DNA of 9,955 nucleotides from Promethearchaeota archaeon (lineage in GTDB: Archaea; Asgardarchaeota; Heimdallarchaeia; Hodarchaeales; Hodarchaeaceae): assembly GCA_048939725.1 (NCBI GenBank), contig JBHLPG010000134.1, positions 1 through 9,955 on the forward strand, written 5' to 3'. Shown in pieces: positions 1 to 8,455 of the stretch. How positions within the stretch are numbered: the stretch's first letter is position 1; every line of letters starts with the position of its first letter. The position numbers were made by a program, and so were the translations under genes. The notes under the pieces were generated by a model that did not search any database, was not told the origin of the DNA, and saw only the letters and a list, made by a program, of their open reading frames with translations.

Positions 1-311
1 ATAACCTCATCATGTTCATCGATGAATAAAAGGCCCCCATCACCAGGTATGAAAGCTGTAACCTGTTTTCCATTTTTTATCAATTGTACTCTAGCACACT
101 TTCTAATCGCAGAATTGGGCTGCTTAGATTCAATTCCAACTTTTTCGATGACGATTCCACGAGCTTGGGGTGCTCCTTCTAAAGGATCGAATTTCTCCTT
201 CAATCGAAGGACCTTTCTCTTATAAGTTGTACTCTTCCAACGAAATTTCTTCCTTTTCCGTAATAATTTACTAGCAGCAAATTCTCCTCGTGGTGATTTC
301 AATCCAGTCAT
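1..311 (-). CDS. rps12: 30S ribosomal protein uS12 (S12/S23e), N-terminal 103 codons; the 3' end runs off the left window edge
   Basis: Absent from the ORF track because no stop lies in the window. Hand translation of the reverse strand from ATG 311..309 gives [103 protein letters not shown]. The DPLEGAP...[26 protein letters not shown] core is the conserved uS12 signature. The position downstream of nusA is the canonical archaeal order. Confidence 0.93.
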   Translation of the reverse strand, partial: MTGLKSPRGEFAASKLLRKRKKFRWKSTTYKRKVLRLKEKFDPLEGAPQARGIVIEKVGIESKQPNSAIRKCARVQLIKNGKQVTAFIPGDGGLLFIDEHDEV

Positions 312-451
312 ATTTCTTCGCCAAATTAATTTAAAATTCTAAAATGTATAATCAAACTATATATTCTCAGCTTTGAACCGAATAGGGCTGTTATCCTTTT
401 TTTTTTCTTATATATATGAAGAGTTTTGTCACTCTAATTAATCTTAAAAAT
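312..451 (-). promoter_or_regulatory. nusA-rps12 spacer, probably carrying an internal promoter for the rps12 operon
   Basis: The spacer is 140 nt and very AT-rich, whereas the upstream genes are packed with gaps of 2-29 nt. On the transcribed strand a T5 run follows the nusA stop directly (446-450). There are several TATA-like boxes, for example TTTTAAAT (336..329), TTATACAT and ATATATATAAG (about 408-418). I cannot tell which box, if any, is used. Confidence 0.3.
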
Positions 452-877
452 TCAAGGAGGGCTTTGGATAATTACGTTATTGATTCCAAAGTGTCTTTTC
501 AGTAAAAGACGGGACCTCTGTATATTCCTCCCATTCTTGCCTATAGCTTTTCCCCTTTCCTGCGGAATGACTGTAACTACAACTGTTTTCTTTCCTGATT
601 TCTCATGAATCTCAATGTTTTTTGCTTTAGCAGGTGCAAGTGTATTTGCTGCAAAATTCTCTACATTTTCAGAATATTCAACAATGTCAATCTGCTTTTG
701 AAAATGTTCACGAAGACGTCTGATAGTTGTGCCTCCACGACCAATTACTTTTCCTGTGTCATTTCGTCGAACCACGAAAATAACGCGAGTTTCAGATTTA
801 TCCCAAACGCAATCGACAGCGAGAGCACCTGTAAGTCCTTCGAGAATGGAAATAAATCGGAGTTCTTCTTGGGACAT
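452..877 (-). CDS. nusA: archaeal NusA-like transcription factor (two KH domains), 141 aa
   Basis: Part of ORF 452..982. I trimmed the start to ATG 877..875 (MSQEELRFISILEG...) because the 982 start would overlap rpl30e by 76 nt. Two KH GxxG motifs are present: GKVIGRGGTTIRRL and GKAIGKNGRNIQRSRLLLKRHFG. Size and position between rpl30e and rps12 are typical. Confidence 0.85.
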   Translation of the reverse strand: MSQEELRFISILEGLTGALAVDCVWDKSETRVIFVVRRNDTGKVIGRGGTTIRRLREHFQKQIDIVEYSENVENFAANTLAPAKAKNIEIHEKSGKKTVVVTVIPQERGKAIGKNGRNIQRSRLLLKRHFGINNVIIQSPP

Positions 878-906
878 TCTAATATTTGACAAGCAAAAAC
901 ATCCTA

Positions 907-1206
907 TCAAATATAATCTAGAATTTTGGAATTCCCTGGATCTAAAATCGCTAGTGTAGAGACGACATGAGGACGCCCGCATGCTGCACCAAGATCAAAT
1001 CCAGTTTTCTCATATTCAATGACTGGGATCTGCGAGAGTTCACAATTTCTTAATAGTTTTCTCTTAGAGTCTAACGGGATATTACTTGAAATTAGGGCTG
1101 CTTTAACTTTCCCGCTTAAAACGCTTTTAATCGTAGCACTATATCCTATTTTCACTTTTCCAGTACTTATAGCCATACTTATGGCTTTTTCTATTTCTTG
1201 TTTCAT
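907..1206 (-). CDS. rpl30e: 50S ribosomal protein eL30 (L30e), 99 aa
   Basis: ORF 907..1206. The sequence GKVKIGYSATIKSVLSGKVKAALISSNIP...IPVIEYEKTGFDLGAACGRPHVVSTLAILDPGNS is L30e/L7Ae-fold-like. The ATG lies 2 nt after the rpoA2 stop (TAACCATG). This is the canonical slot between rpoA2 and nusA. Confidence 0.85.
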   Translation of the reverse strand: MKQEIEKAISMAISTGKVKIGYSATIKSVLSGKVKAALISSNIPLDSKRKLLRNCELSQIPVIEYEKTGFDLGAACGRPHVVSTLAILDPGNSKILDYI

Positions 1207-1208
1207 GG

Positions 1209-5103
<3,895 letters not shown>

Positions 5104-5200
5104 AAGGTAGTCTCCCAGTAACATAACAGATAGAGCAAAATAAAGAATTTAGGAATATTGATGAGTTTTTAAGGAAAGGTACTGGTAATGAATGTGAAAA
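5104..5200 (-). promoter_or_regulatory. rpoA1 upstream region: Shine-Dalgarno-like GGGAG plus AT-rich TATA-like boxes
   Basis: The transcribed strand reads ...TCAATATTCCTAAATTCTTTATTTTGCTCTATCTGTTATGTTACTGGGAGACTACCTTATG. It contains TTTATTTT and CTAAATT boxes 30-50 nt upstream of the ATG, plus the GGGAG. Because no gene abuts rpoA1, it needs its own promoter here or depends on read-through from upstream. The exact TATA/BRE cannot be resolved by eye. Confidence 0.35.
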
Positions 5201-5422
5201 TTACTCAACTAACGCTAGCTGCATAGTTGTTTATGTATTTTGACTAAGACCAGCCAGAAGTTTGCTTCCTTCAATTGAAATAATAATAGCAGAATTAAAG
5301 GAGAGGGATAAAAATTTTAGAAAGCTAATGGTCAGAAAAAACAATATGGCATGAAAAATTAGGTTTTCGTGTTCATTCACATCGCATTTACATAATTATA
5401 TTTAGATATACTTGATGAAATT

Positions 5423-5429
5423 AAAAAAA
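5423..5429 (-). terminator. oligo-T (T7) tract on the transcribed strand, 38 nt after the stop of the 61-codon ORF; candidate archaeal intrinsic terminator
   Basis: The minus strand downstream of stop 5467 reads TAAATGAATGATAGTAACAGAAAAAGCTTATTTGTGAAAGTTTTTTTAATTTC. Archaeal RNAP terminates at oligo-T runs. A weaker TTATTT lies just upstream. Confidence 0.3.
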
Positions 5430-5466
5430 CTTTCACAAATAAGCTTTTTCTGTTACTATCATTCAT

Positions 5467-5652
5467 TTAGTTATGAAGGATCAGATTATTCAGAGTAAAT
5501 ATGAAAAGACCAGCAAATAGGCAGAATTTTCCGATCCGATTGCCAGTGGGGGCATAGATGATTGAGCCAAGAGCTATTAAACAAGCTCCAAATTGCACAG
5601 AAACAATAATTTCGATGCAGGTGAAAATTATTATTGTGATGATTTCAACCAA
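5467..5652 (-). CDS. hypothetical small membrane protein (61 codons, two hydrophobic helices), or the C-terminal part of the upstream ORF
   Basis: ORF 5467..5652. The only start is TTG (5652..5650), and there is no internal Met. It lies in the same reading frame as ORF 5659..6180, separated from it by TAA plus two sense codons (TTT AAC). The sequence is strongly hydrophobic: IITIIIFTCIEIIVSV...CLFAGLFIFTL. Confidence 0.4.
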   Translation of the reverse strand: MVEIITIIIFTCIEIIVSVQFGACLIALGSIIYAPTGNRIGKFCLFAGLFIFTLNNLILHN

Positions 5653-5658
5653 GTTAAA

Positions 5659-6180
5659 TTATGTCCTCCATATCGGCATATTAGGAAATTGAAAGCCCAA
5701 TGGGAAAATTACACATAATAAACAGATTACGCTTTTTTTCAAGTTTTTTTTCCGCTTCATATCAGACGAAATAATGTAAAGACCAAGATTTCCAAGAAAT
5801 ACGATAAGAGATAAAGAAGCGAAAATAAACAGCAGGTAAGCTGTGATAAAGGTTGCTAAAGACTGAAATCCGTCAAATGGTTCAATTATCTCTCCCATAT
5901 TAGGAAAATTTGGATTAAAAATATAGAATAGGAGTGTTAAGATAGCTAATGATCTTAGAATCATCATTTTTCCATTTTCCTCGTTATAATCCAAAAGATA
6001 GACTATTGCTCCTAATATTATTGAAAGATTTACTGTAAAAATAGTGATACATATTAGAATTGGGAAGACTGATAAAAAAAAATCATTTATCTTGTTAGAA
6101 ATTAATTCTAAATAACTTATAACCTCACTTGAGAAGAAATCTCTATCAACCTTCACAAAAAATAAATCAAGATGAATCAA
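5659..6180 (-). CDS. hypothetical polytopic membrane protein, 173 codons (about 4-5 TM segments)
   Basis: ORF 5659..6180. A stop-free run of 173 codons is very unlikely by chance in DNA this AT-rich. The annotated start is TTG (6180..6178). GTG at codon 9 and ATG-ATG at codons 72-73 (preceded by GAGGA) are alternatives. TM-like stretches include FLSVFPILICITIFTVNLSIILGAIVYLL, ILRSLAILTLLFYIF, LATFITAYLLFIFASLSLIVFLGNLGLYII and VICLLCVIFPLGF. I recognised no family motif. Confidence 0.6.
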   Translation of the reverse strand: MIHLDLFFVKVDRDFFSSEVISYLELISNKINDFFLSVFPILICITIFTVNLSIILGAIVYLLDYNEENGKMMILRSLAILTLLFYIFNPNFPNMGEIIEPFDGFQSLATFITAYLLFIFASLSLIVFLGNLGLYIISSDMKRKKNLKKSVICLLCVIFPLGFQFPNMPIWRT

Positions 6181-6301
6181 GATTATCCCTAAAACTAGTT
6201 ATTAGAAGTATCTGAATCCATATTAAAAATTCAACAAGCCATATAAACTCCCAATAATATGAAAGACATATTTTCTCATTGAGAAGAATCTCCTTCTTCA
6301 T
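6167..6301 (-). CDS. possible 44-codon small membrane ORF, or a frameshifted N-terminus of the 173-codon ORF
   Basis: Found by hand translation and too short for the ORF track. ATG 6301..6299 gives MKKEILLNEKICLSYYWEFIWLVEFLIWIQILLITSFRDNLDSS, ending at TGA 6169..6167. It begins 18 nt after the ATPase stop and overlaps the TTG start of the next ORF by 14 nt in another frame. It has no Shine-Dalgarno-like element. Confidence 0.2.
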   Translation of the reverse strand: MKKEILLNEKICLSYYWEFIWLVEFLIWIQILLITSFRDNLDSS

Positions 6302-6319
6302 AATAATGAAAATAAGAAC

Positions 6320-7720
6320 TTAGAATCCACTACCAGTTTCCTGACATAATTCTAAGGCAATATTCTTTGAAGCGGTTATTGCTTCATTTAAACCAATTTG
6401 ATTGTGAGAAATTAAAAAATCCAAAGTGGATATACCTGATTCAGAGTTTGGATGGGAAAGAAAAGACTCAAATTTTTTTTCAGATAGGGTTTCAATCTTT
6501 CCTTCATTTGTTAATTCAGTAATTCTCATGATTTTACGTTTTTTTACATTTCTAATCCAAGATACATTTAGCTCTATGAAAATATGAGGGAAAGAAGTCT
6601 TCAAAAGTTCTAGTGGAATTTCATAGATATCCTTCAAGCGTCTGAATAAAAATTCAGGGTTTCTGCCATGAATTGTTTGGATTGATGGAATTCCAACTGA
6701 GAGTACATTCAAGAAAGCTGAGAAATTGTCTTTAGTTGAAAGTTCCCCTAAGTTTATAAAATCTGGACTTCTATGTAATATCTTTTGCATTTCTAGTGAT
6801 TTCGAAAAAATTAAGGTTTCTTGTGGATCATATCCTAACCGAAATTTTACTGTATTCCCCTGTCTTGTTTCAGTGGTTTCAAGAACATCTTCTACAGATA
6901 GAAGTCGTAAATGAGAAGGAATATATTCAATTAAGGCATTCTGTAAAGTAGTTTTGCCTGAATTTGGAGGGCCAATAATCGAAATAGAGACTTGATTCTG
7001 AATCAAGAAAATCAATAATAGAGCTTGATTTATAGTCATGCTTCCATTATTAACTAGATCTGGAATTTTTAATTTGTTTGAACGAAATTTTCTAATATCT
7101 ATATGATAATCTTCAATCGTTAAAGGTGGAATATCTACTGTAACTCGAGTGTGAAATAAAGAAGATACAAAATCTGTTTTCATGGTTGGATTACTTTTGT
7201 TTAATGAAAAATCATTTTCTAAAGCAACTCGATAAATAAAAGATTCAATCTCTTTTGTTGTAAGCTTAATTGATGTAATACATCTTCCATGTTTTGAATG
7301 ATCAATATATAGATTCTTCTTACTTGAATCAAGATATATTTCATCTATCTGATCATCAATCAAAAGTGGGCCTATTTTTTCAAGATCGAGAATACGTAAT
7401 AATACAGGGATTAAAAGTTGTTTTGGAAGTTCTAACTGGTTAGAAATATCTCCTGATAAATACTCATAAATTTGGTTAAAAGAACAAAAGTCATTATGCT
7501 GTAAAATGAATTTTTTAAGGAAAAATTTAATCTCATTCTCATAACGGTTAAAATTCTTTAAATGATCATAGGTTAGAGGATCAAACTGAACCTGATATTC
7601 AAATTCCTTTATATAGGGGACTTTTAATATTGATACAATATAAGACTGAAATGAATAAGAATCTATCCTTATAGTATCATATTCATTAAATCTAGTGTCG
7701 TAATTTAATTGGGAATTCAT
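6320..7720 (-). CDS. FlaI/PilB/VirB11-family secretion (type IV filament) ATPase, 466 aa, divergent
   Basis: ORF 6320..7720. The full family layout is present. The N-domain reads EKIGPLLIDDQIDEIYLDSSKKNLYIDH...RVTVDIPPLTIEDYHIDIRKFRSNKLKIPDLVNNGSMT. Walker A is IIGPPNSGKTT (6947-6973). The Asp box is RLLSVEDVLE. Walker B with the catalytic Glu is RSPDFINLGE (about 6743-6763). The His box is QTIHGRNPEFLFRRL (about 6659-6676). GGAAG lies 6 nt before the ATG and 21 nt after the upstream gene. Confidence 0.85.
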   Translation of the reverse strand: MNSQLNYDTRFNEYDTIRIDSYSFQSYIVSILKVPYIKEFEYQVQFDPLTYDHLKNFNRYENEIKFFLKKFILQHNDFCSFNQIYEYLSGDISNQLELPKQLLIPVLLRILDLEKIGPLLIDDQIDEIYLDSSKKNLYIDHSKHGRCITSIKLTTKEIESFIYRVALENDFSLNKSNPTMKTDFVSSLFHTRVTVDIPPLTIEDYHIDIRKFRSNKLKIPDLVNNGSMTINQALLLIFLIQNQVSISIIGPPNSGKTTLQNALIEYIPSHLRLLSVEDVLETTETRQGNTVKFRLGYDPQETLIFSKSLEMQKILHRSPDFINLGELSTKDNFSAFLNVLSVGIPSIQTIHGRNPEFLFRRLKDIYEIPLELLKTSFPHIFIELNVSWIRNVKKRKIMRITELTNEGKIETLSEKKFESFLSHPNSESGISTLDFLISHNQIGLNEAITASKNIALELCQETGSGF

Positions 7721-7741
7721 TTTTTACTTCCTGATAAAATT

Positions 7742-8038
7742 TCATTCTGGTTTCTTCGACTCCTGGAGCATTTGAGAAAAAATCACCCCTAAATTATTCG
7801 GAAGAGAATCTCTTAACAAATTTTCCTTGTTTTCTGCAATATCAAAACAATATTTTCTACGAACTATACCTTGACCATCGATATAAAGAGTGAGAATGTG
7901 GCCCTCCTTTGAATGAGACATTGCCTTGGTAATAAGAGAATGCTGTTCTCGAGCGTTGACTAATTCAGACTCAGACACAAAAATCGATTCCTTCTTTCCA
8001 CAGATTGGACAAGTTGTTTGAATAACAGTTTTTTGCAT
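7742..8038 (-). CDS. hypothetical small CxxC protein, 98 aa from ATG 8038 (103 aa from TTG 8053)
   Basis: ORF 7742..8053. The ORF-track start is TTG, and ATG 8038..8036 (MQKTVIQTTCPICGKK...) is the first ATG. It carries an N-terminal CPIC knuckle, later His residues (SHSKEGH) and one more Cys. It ends 21 nt before the ATPase ATG, so the two are probably co-transcribed. I recognised no family. Confidence 0.6.
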   Translation of the reverse strand: MQKTVIQTTCPICGKKESIFVSESELVNAREQHSLITKAMSHSKEGHILTLYIDGQGIVRRKYCFDIAENKENLLRDSLPNNLGVIFSQMLQESKKPE

Positions 8039-8374
8039 TTGAAGAACCGGCAATATAATTCCCGAAATTAATTTTGAGACTTAGAATAAAAAAACCCAAG
8101 TTTCACACAACTTAAACAACCCTTCTAAAACTAGCAGTAATGATTAGTATTAGAGCGGGGATGCAAGACCACAACAAATAGATTCATTAAAATCATTTGA
8201 AGGTGTTAATATTGATATTGATATGAAATTTGTCTATAACATTCTGATAAACGTTTCTGAGACCATTAGGAAAAATACTATTAAATTACGTTAAATACGA
8301 CGTATCAAATATCAAGTGAATTGGCTTCTTTTGAATGAATTTGATTTCCTTGACAATTGTTAGGTTCAAATAAA

Positions 8375-8420
8375 GGATTTTGGAATTTTATGATATCATA
8401 TTCCAGAACGAGAATTTCCA
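8375..8420. promoter_or_regulatory. cluster of GGAAT/TGGAAT motifs and a nested palindrome 36-81 nt upstream of the platform gene; candidate operator
   Basis: Positions 8381-8405 read TGGAAT-TTT-ATGATATCAT-ATTCCA. This is a perfect 10-bp palindrome at 8390-8399 flanked by 6-bp inverted arms. GGATTTT and GGAATTTT form a direct repeat at 8375-8389. A third inverted copy, GAATTTCCA, lies at 8412-8420. TAATTTA at 8424-8430 lies 26-32 nt before ATG 8456. Confidence 0.3.
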
Positions 8421-8455
8421 TTCTAATTTAGGAACTCTCGAAAAATTGATGTTCT

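Noticed and set aside
397-406. T10 homopolymer on the plus strand, followed by a (TA)5 run, in the nusA-rps12 spacer
   Set aside because: On the transcribed (minus) strand the homopolymer is A10, so it is not a terminator for these genes. No plus-strand gene ends here. It is most simply AT-rich promoter-spacer sequence.
5159-5418. Two UGAUGA C-box-like hexamers (5159-5164 and 5413-5418) in the spacer upstream of rpoA1
   Set aside because: No CUGA D box occurs on the same strand within about 80 nt downstream of either hexamer, so there is no C/D-box sRNA architecture.
5467-6180. The idea that the 173- and 61-codon membrane ORFs encode the prepilin peptidase (PibD/FlaK type)
   Set aside because: I could not find the two catalytic Asp contexts, in particular a GxGD-like motif. 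The only DG is in PFDGFQ, which sits in a loop.
8363-8371. GGTTCAAAT, resembling a tRNA T-loop
   Set aside because: The flanking bases cannot form a T-stem (TTAGG versus AAAGG), and no acceptor or anticodon arms can be drawn. It is not a tRNA.
5125-8455. Search for short pilin or archaellin genes with class III signal peptides in all intergenic stretches
   Set aside because: Hand translation gave only ORFs of 8-44 codons. Examples are MRKYVFHIIGSLYGLLNF at 6279..6223 and a hydrophilic 38-codon ORF at 8421..8305. None has a K/R-G/A cleavage motif followed by a hydrophobic helix.
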